From Symbiobacterium thermophilum (lineage in GTDB: Bacteria > Bacillota > Sulfobacillia > DYFQ01), in assembly GCA_020725105.1 (NCBI GenBank), contig DYFQ01000004.1:3127-67126 (forward strand): 64,000 nt of DNA, given 5' to 3'. Shown here piece after piece: positions 26,633 to 35,811 of this stretch. The position numbers were made by a program, and so were the translations under genes. The notes below the pieces were generated by a model. The model had not been told where the DNA came from, made no database searches, and was given only the letters and a program-made list of their open reading frames with translations. Within the stretch, counting starts at the first letter, position 1. Every line of letters starts with the position of its first letter.

Positions 26633-27747
26633 GGCGCGGTATCGTGGTGGACATGGATGGCCGCCGGATCACGGTGGTGACCCCGTCCGGCCAGGTGGAG
26701 AACCTGCCAAGCCACCGCTGGCAGCACCCGCCCCGGTTGGGGCAGGAGATACTGCTCCCCGAACGCCCGGGACTCCGGGCGACCGTCGCCGCGGGCCTGA
26801 GCCGCCTGGGCCAACTGCCGGGGCGAGGCCGCCCGGCCCGGCGGCCACGCTTCCGGCTGCCGGCCCTGGTCCTGCCCAGGCCTGCCGTGTCGCTGCCCGC
26901 GCCGCGCCACATTCTTGGCTGGCTCGCGCAACGCCGGGCGCCCGCGGTCCTGGCGTCCGTCCTGGCCGCCACCGCCGTGGTGGCCGTCGGACTGACCCTG
27001 CCGGCCGTGTGGAACCCTCCCGTGGCCACCGTGGGCCTGGAAATCAACCCCCGGCTGGAACTGGCCGTCACGGCCGATGCCCGCGTGGCGGCGGTCCGCG
27101 CCCTGGACCCGGCCGGCTCGGCCGTACGGGACCTGGCCCGGTCCCGAACGCCGGCCTGGCCGCGGGGCTGGTGGGACTGGCGGAGCCGGCCTGAACTGGC
27201 CTCGGCCGTGACAGACCTGGTGACCGCCGCCCGCGACCTGGGCTATCTCTCCGATGGGGGGGCGGTGGTGGCGGCCGTGGTACCCCTGCGGGCGGCCGTC
27301 GACCCTGGCCTGATGTGGGAAGCCGTCCAGGAGGCCGTCACCCGGCTCGTGGCCACCGAGACCGGGACGATCCTCGTCGCCGTCCGCGCCACTCCCGAGA
27401 CCCTGGGCGCCGCCCGCGAGGCCGGCATGTCAATAGGTCTGTACCTGATGAGCCGGGCAGCCGAGATCGCCGGGGCTCCCCGGCCGGCGGAGCCCGGGGC
27501 CGGCCTGGGCCGGTGGGTCGGCGCTATCGGCGGGCCGAAGCGGGCGGCCGTCCTCCAGGCGGCGCTGGAGCAGGTGACCGAGGTGGTCGTGGTGGAGGTG
27601 CGGTCCACGGGCCGCGACGTCGACTCACAGCCCTCATCGGTCACCGGCGCCGACACCGACACCCCGGCTCCCCCTCCCGCCGAGCGGGAGCCCCGGCGCC
27701 GGCCCCGCGAGCCGCAGCCCGGACGCGGGCCGGTACCCCAGCCCTGA
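26629..27747 (+). CDS. rsgI: Anti-sigma-I factor RsgI-like protein
   Basis: RsgI_N domain (MRRGIVVDMDGRRITVVTPSGQVENLP), a single TM helix (VLASVLAATAVVAVGLTLPAV), then an Ala/Arg/Pro-rich extracytoplasmic region with no recognisable CBM. Confidence 0.7.
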   Translation: MRRGIVVDMDGRRITVVTPSGQVENLPSHRWQHPPRLGQEILLPERPGLRATVAAGLSRLGQLPGRGRPARRPRFRLPALVLPRPAVSLPAPRHILGWLAQRRAPAVLASVLAATAVVAVGLTLPAVWNPPVATVGLEINPRLELAVTADARVAAVRALDPAGSAVRDLARSRTPAWPRGWWDWRSRPELASAVTDLVTAARDLGYLSDGGAVVAAVVPLRAAVDPGLMWEAVQEAVTRLVATETGTILVAVRATPETLGAAREAGMSIGLYLMSRAAEIAGAPRPAEPGAGLGRWVGAIGGPKRAAVLQAALEQVTEVVVVEVRSTGRDVDSQPSSVTGADTDTPAPPPAEREPRRRPREPQPGRGPVPQP

Positions 27748-27788
27748 CCCGGGGCTCAGCGCCGGCGGCCCCGCTACCCCGGCCGGCC

Positions 27789-29279
27789 CTACCGACCCGG
27801 AATGCCTGGCTCGGTCATGGGTCCGGGGTCGAGAACGCGTTCCAGTTCTTCCTCGGAGAAGATGCCCCGCTCCCGCACCACGTCTCTGACCCGGCGCCGC
27901 GACCGGTGGGCCTCCTGGGCGATTCTGGCCGCCTCGGCGTAGCCGATGTAGGGCGTCAGCGCGGTGGCCAACATGAGACTGTCCTCCACCAGTTCCCGGC
28001 AGCGCTCCGGGTCGGCGGTGATGCCGGCCACGCACCGCTCGGTGAGGACCCGGGCGGTGTTCTTCAGGATCTCCAGGGAGAACAGCAGGTTGTGGCAGAT
28101 GACCGGCATCATCACGTTGAGCTCCAGTTGCCCGGCCTCGGCCGCCAGCGCCACGGTGAGGTCGTTGCCCATCACCTGGAAGCAGACCATGTTGGTCATC
28201 TCGGCGATGACGGGATTCACCTTGCCCGGCATGATGGAGGACCCGGGCTGGACCGGCGGCAGGACGATCTCGGCCAGGCCCGCACGCGGTCCGGACGACA
28301 GTAGCCGGAGGTCGTTGGCCAGCTTGGACAGGTCGACCGCCAGGGCCCGCAGAGCGCCCGAGAACTCCGCCAGGTCAGCCATGGACTGCATGGAGGCTAC
28401 CCGGTCCGGGGCCGGGCGAAAGTCGACGCCGGTGAGGCTGGATATGTGCTGGACCACGGTGGCGATGTACTCGGGCTCGGCGTTGACGCCGGTGCCCACG
28501 GCGGTGCCGCCGAGGCCCAGTTCCTTGACGCTTTCGGCGGCCCGGTGGATCCGGGCCACCGCCCGGCGCATGTTCTCGCCGTAGCCCCGGAACTCCTGGC
28601 CCAGCCTGATGGGGGTGGCGTCCTGCAGGTGGGTCCGCCCCGCCTTGACGATGGGATCGAACTCCCGCGCCCGGGCCAGGAGCGAGTCGGCCAGGGCCAC
28701 CAGCCGGGGCCTGGTCTCCCGCCATAAGACGACCACGGCCACCCGCATGGCGGTGGGGAAGAAGTCGTTGGTGGAATGGGCCATGTTCACGTGGTCGTTG
28801 GGATGGACCAGCGTGTACTCCCCCCGGCGCCCGCCGAGCAACTCGGCGGCGCGGTTGGCCAGCACCTCGTTGACGTTCATGTTGTGGGACGTGCCGGCGC
28901 CGGCCTGGTAGACGTCCACCACGAACTGGCCTCGCCAGCGGCTTGACGGCGACGCCAGGTCCGCCAGGATCTCATCGGCGGCCTGGCAGATGGCCTCGCC
29001 CACGGCGCGGTCCAACCGGCCGGTGGCCATGTTGCTCATGGCCGCCGCCCGCTTCACGAGCAGGCTGGCTCTGAGGAAGACCGGGTGGGCCCGTAGCCCG
29101 GAGATGGGGAAGTTCTCGACGGCGCGCGCTGTCTGGGCCCCGTAGTAGGCGTCGGCGGGGACCCTCACCGGGCCGAGGGAGTCCCTTTCGGTCCTGGTTT
29201 CGGCGGCCTCCTCACCCGTCCTCGCCGGCGGACAGGCATAGGCTGGCAAAGTATCTGACAACGTGGTCACCTTCCTCAA
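27789..29279 (-). CDS. aspA: Aspartate ammonia-lyase (aspartase)
   Basis: Close motif match to AnsB/AspA (ENFPISG, QAADEIL, GAGTSHNMNVNEV, HSTNDFFPT, GSSIMPGKVNP). TTG at 29279. An alternative TTG at 29261 has a better RBS (GAGGAAGGTGA). Confidence 0.85.
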   Translation of the reverse strand: MRKVTTLSDTLPAYACPPARTGEEAAETRTERDSLGPVRVPADAYYGAQTARAVENFPISGLRAHPVFLRASLLVKRAAAMSNMATGRLDRAVGEAICQAADEILADLASPSSRWRGQFVVDVYQAGAGTSHNMNVNEVLANRAAELLGGRRGEYTLVHPNDHVNMAHSTNDFFPTAMRVAVVVLWRETRPRLVALADSLLARAREFDPIVKAGRTHLQDATPIRLGQEFRGYGENMRRAVARIHRAAESVKELGLGGTAVGTGVNAEPEYIATVVQHISSLTGVDFRPAPDRVASMQSMADLAEFSGALRALAVDLSKLANDLRLLSSGPRAGLAEIVLPPVQPGSSIMPGKVNPVIAEMTNMVCFQVMGNDLTVALAAEAGQLELNVMMPVICHNLLFSLEILKNTARVLTERCVAGITADPERCRELVEDSLMLATALTPYIGYAEAARIAQEAHRSRRRVRDVVRERGIFSEEELERVLDPGPMTEPGIPGR

Positions 29280-29328
29280 AGGCGGCGTGGAATGGTATCC
29301 GGCGCTGGCGCCCGCAAGTAGTCTTAGC

Positions 29329-30222
29329 CTAGTTCAAGAGGTCACGCAGGTTTTCCCTGAGCGGGTGCTCGCGAAGCCGGGCCAGGGCCCGGGTCTCGAT
29401 CTGCTTGGTCCGCTGCTTGGAAATACCCAGCCGGCGGCTGATCTCCCGGAAGGTGCACGGTTCTTCCCCGCCAAGGCCCAGCCGGAGGGTGATCACTTCC
29501 CGCTCCCGCTCGGTCAGGCCGGCCAGCATGGCCTCGACGGACTCCCGGGCCAGCCGGCCGCAGGCCAGGTCAAACGGCCCATCGTCGTCCGAAGCGATCA
29601 GGTCCGACACGTGGCCGTCCCCGCTCTCCAGGGGGTAGTCCAGCGAGAGCACGTTGCGGGACCGCTCGTACAGCCGCCGCTTCTCCTCGGCTTCGGGGCT
29701 CAGGTTCTGCCGGGACCCGTCGTCGGCCCCCGTGGCATCCCAGGCGCCGTCCAGGTCCAGCGAGGCCTTGATGTGGTAGTAGGAACTGACGGGGAGGTGG
29801 ATCAGCCCGGACTGCTCGACGACGGCCCGGCCGATGGCCTGCTGGATCCACCACCAGGCGTAGGTGGAGAACCGGAAGCCTTGCCGCCAGTCGTACCGTT
29901 CCACCGCTTTCAGGAGACCCACGTTGCCTTCCTGGATCAGGTCGGCCAGGGGGACGCCGCGGCCCTTGAAGCGGTAGGCCACCTTGACCACCAGCCGCAG
30001 GTTGGCTTCGATCAGCCGCCGGCGGGCTTCGGGGTCCCCCGCCTCGACGCCCTGGGCCAGACGGACTTCCTCGTCAGGCGTCAGTAACGGGACGCGGCCG
30101 ATCTCCTGCAGGTACGGGGTAAGGGCTTCCGGACCCGGCTGCGGTCCGGCTTCCCGGGAGCTGGCCGTTTCGGCGGCGGTAGCGGGTGGTACCCCGCCGG
30201 TGGCCTCGGCGCTGCGGGACAC
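29329..30222 (-). CDS. Sigma-70 family sigma factor, RpoD-like (group 1/2-type region 2.4)
   Basis: Region 2 (LIQEGNVGLLKAVERYD...FRFSTYAWWWIQQAIGRAV) and region 4 (TEREREVITLRLGLGGEEPCTFREISRRLGISKQRTKQIETRALARLR). GTG start at 30222 with GAGGGAGG RBS and a 10-nt spacer. The tracked ORF start (TTG 30270) lies inside the promoter. Confidence 0.8.
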   Translation of the reverse strand: MSRSAEATGGVPPATAAETASSREAGPQPGPEALTPYLQEIGRVPLLTPDEEVRLAQGVEAGDPEARRRLIEANLRLVVKVAYRFKGRGVPLADLIQEGNVGLLKAVERYDWRQGFRFSTYAWWWIQQAIGRAVVEQSGLIHLPVSSYYHIKASLDLDGAWDATGADDGSRQNLSPEAEEKRRLYERSRNVLSLDYPLESGDGHVSDLIASDDDGPFDLACGRLARESVEAMLAGLTEREREVITLRLGLGGEEPCTFREISRRLGISKQRTKQIETRALARLREHPLRENLRDLLN

Positions 30223-30268
30223 GGTCTGCCAACCTCCCTCAGGTACGGCAGGTTGAAGGCGCATTCCC

Positions 30269-30298
30269 AATATATTCGAGATGTTAGCACTATGTCAA
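30269..30298 (-). promoter_or_regulatory. sigmaA-type promoter (TTGACA-17-ATATAT/TATATT) driving the RpoD-like sigma factor gene
   Basis: Minus-strand TTGACA at 30298-30293, a 17-18 nt spacer and a -10 near 30275-30269, in a local AT-rich patch. The predicted TSS is ~40 nt upstream of the GTG at 30222. Confidence 0.45.
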
Positions 30299-30440
30299 TA
30301 GTATTAACTGCGCAAAGCCCTTCCCGCCAGTGCCGTGCCGTCAGGAGGGGAATCGGCTGCCGCGGCCGCGGGGCAGACTCCACTTGGAGCCGCGCGCACG
30401 ACAAGCCACGGCAAGCCACACGAAAGGGGCGAACAGACCG

Positions 30441-30674
30441 GTGCCCGAGGTCAAGTGCGAAGTCGCCAGTTGTTACTACTGGGCGCAGGGGAACCACTGC
30501 GCCGCCGAGTTCATCGAGGTGGCCAACACCCGGACCCACCGTGGGGGCATGGAGGTGGGACGCCTGGGCAACCAGGCCTACGCGACCACGTCGCAGGAGA
30601 CCTGCTGCGCCACCTTCACGCCCAAAGAGCACGGGCCCAAGGAGAACGTTCGCCGCCAGGACGCGCACCGCTAG
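30441..30674 (+). CDS. DUF1540-domain small cysteine-rich protein (spore-associated family)
   Basis: MPEVKCEVASCYYWAQGNHCAAEFIEV...ETCCATFTPK matches the duplicated DUF1540 Cys motif. GTG start with GAAAGGGG RBS. Confidence 0.7.
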   Translation: MPEVKCEVASCYYWAQGNHCAAEFIEVANTRTHRGGMEVGRLGNQAYATTSQETCCATFTPKEHGPKENVRRQDAHR

Positions 30675-30804
30675 CCACTTCATCACGCGGCGCGGCCGCC
30701 CGCCGGCCAGGCCGCGGGCCAGACGAAACCCGGGCCCCAGGAGCATCTGGCTCCCGGCCGGCCCGGGTTCGCTGGCCCACTCACACCGGGTTCGGGCGCA
30801 GTGC

Positions 30805-31263
30805 CTAGCTACGCCACTCGCGTTCCTCGCGGCCGCCCGGGGCGGCAAAGGTGGGCCCACCATACGTCGGGTAAGGCTCGGGCGCGCCCACGTGGCGCCC
30901 CTGGTCACGACCGTACTGGGGCCCGACCCCCGGCATGGCGCCGGGGATCATGCCTGCCGGCGCCTGGGCGTAGGGCTCGGCCCGGACGGTGCCCCGGTAA
31001 TCGTGAACGAACTTGGACACCTTGTGCTGGTCGGCGGCGGACACCTCGTACCAGCCCTTGTGGTGCAGGTACTCGAAGAGTTCGTAGTGCCGCTCCAGGT
31101 GGTCGTTCATGAGCGCCATGAAGCTGTTCCGGACTGGCCGGTTGGCCGCCTCGACGGTGCCCGTGTGATAGAAGGACGACAGGAACTTGCACGCGTCCAG
31201 GCACGCGAAGGCGATGGTCCGGTCGTCCAGCCGGTGGGCATGGGGTTGCGGGTGAACGCTCAC
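30805..31263 (-). CDS. Spore coat protein F-domain (CotF-like) protein
   Basis: Coat_F-like helical region (LDDRTIAFACLDACKFLSSFYHTGTVEAANRPVRNSFMALMNDHLERHYELFEYLHHKGWY). GTG start with GGAGAAAGGAGG RBS. Confidence 0.65.
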   Translation of the reverse strand: MSVHPQPHAHRLDDRTIAFACLDACKFLSSFYHTGTVEAANRPVRNSFMALMNDHLERHYELFEYLHHKGWYEVSAADQHKVSKFVHDYRGTVRAEPYAQAPAGMIPGAMPGVGPQYGRDQGRHVGAPEPYPTYGGPTFAAPGGREEREWRS

Positions 31264-31306
31264 GCGCTGCCTCCTTTCTCCGCTTCTGCGTCGCCATGGC
31301 ACAGGT

Positions 31307-31639
31307 CTAGGTACGGTAGCCTGGCCCGCCCAGTTCCGGCGGGTTGGGACGGTCGAAGGCCCCGGGGCCCCGCTGCTCCGGCCCGGCCACCGGCCGGTAC
31401 CCGGCCTGGACTCCCGCGCCGGCCGTGCCTGTCCAGCCCGGGTTCTGAGCCAGCTGGACGAGGGTCTGCAGCGCCCGCTCCGAACGGCGCCGGTGATCCT
31501 CGACCATGTGGCGCAATTGCGGGTCGTGGCACTGCTCGGCCAGGATGCCCAGCTTGGAGAGATGCACCGCTTCCGACCGGGCCAACTGCTCCATCATGTG
31601 CAGTTCGACCTGGCTCAGCCCGCCGATGTTGTGCGGCAT
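31307..31639 (-). CDS. Small CotF-domain-like spore coat protein
   Basis: LSQVELHMMEQLARSEAVHLSKLGILAEQCHDPQLRHMVEDHRRRSERALQTLVQLAQNPGW follows the same Coat_F pattern. The ATG is at residue 24 of the tracked ORF. The coordinate was derived arithmetically from the ORF table and is good to +/-1. Confidence 0.5.
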   Translation of the reverse strand: MPHNIGGLSQVELHMMEQLARSEAVHLSKLGILAEQCHDPQLRHMVEDHRRRSERALQTLVQLAQNPGWTGTAGAGVQAGYRPVAGPEQRGPGAFDRPNPPELGGPGYRT

Positions 31640-31803
31640 GAGATTGCCCCCCTTCCGCGTTCCCTGTGGTTGCCAAGGGATAGTCTGGGGCGGCGCTTGC
31701 GGCGGCATGAGCGGGAGTTTCTGGTAGGCAAGAGATAACGGGCCGGGCGGCGCTTGCCGCCCGGCCCGTGGTCTTCCGCGGCCCCGCGGCCCGGAGAAGG
31801 CAG

Positions 31804-32682
31804 CTAGGCGAAGTCCTTCAGGATCCTGGCCCAGTCCTGCTCGGGGAAGCTGAGGTCGAACTGGCGAGCCAGCGGTTCTTTGGCCAGCCCGGGCAGTTCC
31901 GCCTCGAAACTGGGCCGCTCCTCCTGGTAGATGAGACCTCGCACCAGACCCTCGTGCTGGAGAACCACGCGGATGGCGCCCGTCCGGTCGTGCGGGTCAT
32001 ACTCCGGTTCGTCGTCCAGGTTCACGCAGTTCTCCCGCCAGAAGTCGTAGGTGTCCTCCCGGTTGAAGGTGACGCAAGGGCTCAAGACGTTCAGATAGGC
32101 AAACCCCCGGTGCTTGATGGCCATTTCCACCAGCCTGGTCAACTGCTTCACGTCACCGGAGAAGCCCTGGGCCACAAAGCTCGCCCCCGCCGCCAGGGCC
32201 GTCTCCAGCGGCCGGACCGGGTATTCGGCCGTGCCGTAGGGGGAGGTCTTGGTCTTCATCCCCTTCCGGGACGTCGGCGAAGCCTGGCCGGTGGTCAGGC
32301 CGTAGATGTGGTTGTCCATCACCATGTAGACCAGGTCGATGTTGCGCCGGACGGTGTGCAGGAAGTGGGACAGGCCGATCCCGTATCCGTCACCGTCGCC
32401 GCCGAAGACGACGACCGTCAGATCACGGTTGGCCAGCTTGATGCCGGTGGCCACCGGGATCGCGCGGCCGTGGACCGAGTGGAACCCGTAGGCCCCGAAG
32501 TACGAGGGCGCCTTGGAGGAGCAGCCGATGCCGCCAACCACCACCACCTGGTCCGGGCTCAGCCCCAGCCCGGCGCAGGCCCGCTGCAGGGCCGCCAGGG
32601 CCGGGAAGTCGCCGCAACCCGGACACCAGGTGGACGGCTCCACGATGGACTGCTTGTAATCCATCACCGTTACCCGGGCCAC
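31804..32682 (-). CDS. korB: 2-oxoacid:ferredoxin oxidoreductase beta subunit (TPP-binding)
   Basis: CPGCGDF...GIGCS TPP/FeS motifs and a GDG Mg-TPP site. Directly abuts korA. Confidence 0.9.
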   Translation of the reverse strand: MARVTVMDYKQSIVEPSTWCPGCGDFPALAALQRACAGLGLSPDQVVVVGGIGCSSKAPSYFGAYGFHSVHGRAIPVATGIKLANRDLTVVVFGGDGDGYGIGLSHFLHTVRRNIDLVYMVMDNHIYGLTTGQASPTSRKGMKTKTSPYGTAEYPVRPLETALAAGASFVAQGFSGDVKQLTRLVEMAIKHRGFAYLNVLSPCVTFNREDTYDFWRENCVNLDDEPEYDPHDRTGAIRVVLQHEGLVRGLIYQEERPSFEAELPGLAKEPLARQFDLSFPEQDWARILKDFA

Positions 32683-34437
32683 CTATACCACCTCCTTTGC
32701 CATCCGGTAGATCTCGTTCGCGGTGAAGGGGTTCCCGTCGAACTTGAGGCAGCTTCGAATGCGGTCCTTGAACCCCAACCTGAGTTTGATCAGGTTAGCC
32801 ACCTGGCCGGAGTAGTTCGATTCCACCACCAGCACGTGCCTGGACGCCTCCAGGTAGCGGGCCAGCCCCGCCTCGGGCAGCGGCCAGAGCGCCTTCAGGT
32901 GCAGCCGGCCCACTCGGGCCCCCTCGTCGGCCAGCTTCCGCCAGACTTCGGCGATGGGCCCGTAGGACGAGCCGTAGCCTACCAGCAGGAGATCGGCCCG
33001 CTCCGGACCGTGGTGCTCCAGAGCCCAGTCCGACAGGTCAAGCCCGTGGAGCTTCTTCATCCGCTTGTGCATCTGGCGGACCCGGTTCTCCGGGCTTTCC
33101 TCCTCCACGCTGATCTCGGAATGCTCGTTGGACAGCGACGTGAACCGCCCGTTGGGCTGGCCGGGCACCGTCCGGGGGGAGATGCCCGATTCGGTCAGCC
33201 GGTAGCGGGCAAAGGTCCCCGGCGTCACGTCCTTCAACTCGTCGTCCGTCACGCGCAGGCCACGGTCCCACGTCCAGGTGCCGGTGGCCAGGTCGGCCAC
33301 GGGGACCGACTGGCGGGACAGGCCCAGCGCCAGGTCGGAGACGACGATCACCGGGCACTGGTAATGCTCGGCCAGGTTGAAGGCCCGGCCCATCACGTGG
33401 AAGCAGTCAGCCACCGTCGAGGGCGCCAGCACGATCCGGGGCGACTCCCCGTGGGAGCCGTAGACGATGGTGTTCAGGTCGCCCTGCTCGGTCTTGGTGG
33501 GCAGCCCGGTGCTGGGCCCCGCCCGCTGGACGTCCACGATCACCAGCGGCACCTCGGCGATGCCGGCCAGGCCCAGGGATTCCATCATCAGCGACAGCCC
33601 GGGACCGGAGGTGGACGTCATGGCCCGGACCCCGGCGAAGCCGGCGCCGATGGCCATGAAGGCGGCCGCCATCTCGTCCTCGCCCTGAACAATGGCGCCA
33701 CCGTACCTGGGGAAGTACTTGAACGCGGTGTACAGGATCTCGGTGGCCGGCGTGATGGGGTAGGCAAACAGGAGCCTGCACCCGGCCACCAGCGCGCCCA
33801 GGGCGATGGCGTCGTTGCCCGACAGGTACGCCGACTCGGGGCGGTCCGTCACCACGTCGGCCAGCACCTGCCTGGGCGTGAAGTGGGTCTTGTAATAGTC
33901 GTAGCCGGCCATGAAGGCCTTGCGGTTGGCCTCCACCACCTGCTCGCCCTTGTCGCCGAACCGGTCGCGGATGGTCGTTTCGAAGTCGGCCAGTTCCAGA
34001 CCCAGCATGGCGGCGGAGACACCGACGGCTACCATGTTCTTCATGATCGACCGACCCTGCTCTTCCGCCAGCCTGGTCATGGGCACGGGCATGAGTTCAA
34101 GCTCCCGGCCTTCAGGAACCCGGGCCACGAAGGCGGCGTCGTGAACGATGGCCGTGCCGTCTCTCAACTGGGGGAGGTTATAGTCGATGGACTCCTGATC
34201 GAAGGCGACCAGCAGGTCGTCCTGGTCGCCGCGGTGCCACACGGGACCCGAGCGGACCCTGATCTTGTAATGGGTGTGTCCGCCCTTGATCCGGGACATG
34301 AAGTGCCGGTAGGCATATACATAAAAGCCCCGGCGGTGCATCGCCTGGGCGAAGATCTCGCCGGTGGAATCGATGCCCTCGCCTTGCTGGCCCCCCACCT
34401 TCCAGGTGAAATCGATAACCCTGGTGACCACACTCAA
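32683..34437 (-). CDS. korA: 2-oxoacid:ferredoxin oxidoreductase alpha subunit (fused alpha/gamma)
   Basis: 584 aa with the POR N-terminal and transketolase-like domains. TTG start with GGAGTGAGGTG RBS. Confidence 0.9.
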   Translation of the reverse strand: MSVVTRVIDFTWKVGGQQGEGIDSTGEIFAQAMHRRGFYVYAYRHFMSRIKGGHTHYKIRVRSGPVWHRGDQDDLLVAFDQESIDYNLPQLRDGTAIVHDAAFVARVPEGRELELMPVPMTRLAEEQGRSIMKNMVAVGVSAAMLGLELADFETTIRDRFGDKGEQVVEANRKAFMAGYDYYKTHFTPRQVLADVVTDRPESAYLSGNDAIALGALVAGCRLLFAYPITPATEILYTAFKYFPRYGGAIVQGEDEMAAAFMAIGAGFAGVRAMTSTSGPGLSLMMESLGLAGIAEVPLVIVDVQRAGPSTGLPTKTEQGDLNTIVYGSHGESPRIVLAPSTVADCFHVMGRAFNLAEHYQCPVIVVSDLALGLSRQSVPVADLATGTWTWDRGLRVTDDELKDVTPGTFARYRLTESGISPRTVPGQPNGRFTSLSNEHSEISVEEESPENRVRQMHKRMKKLHGLDLSDWALEHHGPERADLLLVGYGSSYGPIAEVWRKLADEGARVGRLHLKALWPLPEAGLARYLEASRHVLVVESNYSGQVANLIKLRLGFKDRIRSCLKFDGNPFTANEIYRMAKEVV

Positions 34438-34556
34438 CGTTTCGTCACCTCACTCCAGTGAAACAACCGCAAGACACGGAACCCTCCTCGCGCGGGCCGG
34501 AACGAAATGATCCGGTCGCGGGCCTGGCAAGCTACCGTCGCGCGGCGCGTCGCAAT

Positions 34557-34565
34557 ATTATAACA
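34557..34565 (-). promoter_or_regulatory. Extended -10 promoter element (TGTTATAAT) upstream of korAB
   Basis: Minus-strand TGTTATAAT sits ~105 nt upstream of the korA start in an AT-rich patch. No good -35 was found, but the extended -10 can compensate. Confidence 0.35.
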
Positions 34566-34630
34566 CGACCGCGCAAGCCCACGGCCCGCTCCCGAACGGC
34601 CGGCGGGCACTGCCCGAGCACGCCGCCGGC

Positions 34631-35650
34631 TCAGCCGGACGCGGCCGAGGTCCCGGAGGCGGCGGCCGTCCCGTCCAGGTAGAAGTCGTGCTCGTAGAGT
34701 TCCTGGATTCTGGCCAGGTCTTCCCCGGTCAGGTCGGGAAGGTCCGAAGCCGCGGCGAATTCCCGCAGCTGGTCAGAATGGTAGATGTTGGGCAGCACGG
34801 TGGTTACCGACGGCTGGGCAAGGATGAACTTTAGGGCCGCCTGGCCGATGGTCCGGCCTCGACCCTCGGTGAGGAAGGCCAGGCGCTCCAGCTTCTTCAG
34901 GCCTCTGGTCAGCCATTCCCTGGGCCGGTGCCGGCGGTGGTCCCCCTGGGCAAAACGGGTTCCCTCGGTGTACTTCCCCTCCAGCAGGCCCGAGGAGTGG
35001 GGTACCCGGACCATGATCCCCACCGCCCGGTCCCGGGCCGTAGGGAAGAACCGGCGGCCGGGGTCCTGTTCCAGCAGGTTATAGATGATCTGAAGGCTGG
35101 TGATCTTCCGGCGGGTCATGGCCGCGATACCCTCATCGAGCCAGCCGATGGCGGGTCCGAGGGCAACCCCGTAGTGCCGGATCTTACCCGCCACCTTGAA
35201 AGACTCCAGCTGTTCGAACAGGTCGTCACGGTCAATGGCGTCAAACCGGGCATTGTGCAACTGGTAGAGGTCGATGTAGTCGGTGTTCAACCGCCTGAGG
35301 CTCTGTTCCAGGGCGAACCGGACAAACCGCGGGGACCAGTCCTGCGGCCGCTCCTGCTGCCCGCGGCGCTCGGTATGGGTGTAGAAGTCGTAGCCGAACT
35401 TGGTGCTGATGACCACCCGGTCGCGGGGCTCGCCAGCCAGGGCTTTGGCCAGTACCGTCTCGCCCCGGCCGGCACCGTAGGTGTCGGCGGTATCGAAGAA
35501 GGTCACGCCCAGGTCCAGCGCTTCGCGAAGCAGGGCGACCGCGTCCTCGTCGGTGTAGTCGCCCCACCAGCCCGCGGTCACGGTCCAGACGCCGAACCCG
35601 ATCTCCGAGGCGACCAGGTCGGTGTTGCCAAACCTGCGGTAGCGCATCAA
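34631..35650 (-). CDS. Aldo/keto reductase
   Basis: AKR fold motifs (FDTADTYGAG, LHNARFD, IRHYGVAL). Confidence 0.85.
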   Translation of the reverse strand: MMRYRRFGNTDLVASEIGFGVWTVTAGWWGDYTDEDAVALLREALDLGVTFFDTADTYGAGRGETVLAKALAGEPRDRVVISTKFGYDFYTHTERRGQQERPQDWSPRFVRFALEQSLRRLNTDYIDLYQLHNARFDAIDRDDLFEQLESFKVAGKIRHYGVALGPAIGWLDEGIAAMTRRKITSLQIIYNLLEQDPGRRFFPTARDRAVGIMVRVPHSSGLLEGKYTEGTRFAQGDHRRHRPREWLTRGLKKLERLAFLTEGRGRTIGQAALKFILAQPSVTTVLPNIYHSDQLREFAAASDLPDLTGEDLARIQELYEHDFYLDGTAAASGTSAASG

Positions 35651-35811
35651 CCCATCCCCTCCCCGGCCGTCAGGGCCCGGCGTACGGCCTGCGCGCGGCC
35701 TTCACCGGCTTGCTCGTCGAGGGGTTCCAGGGCGGCGGTCATGGTGGCCACGGCGCTCACTGGCGCTCACTCCCCGCCTGCGTGGCGGCCGGGCGGCCGC
35801 CGTTTCGCCCC

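Noticed and set aside
31768-34461. 897-aa ORF on the plus strand spanning korAB
   Set aside because: Antisense to two strongly supported OFOR subunits. A GC-frame artefact.
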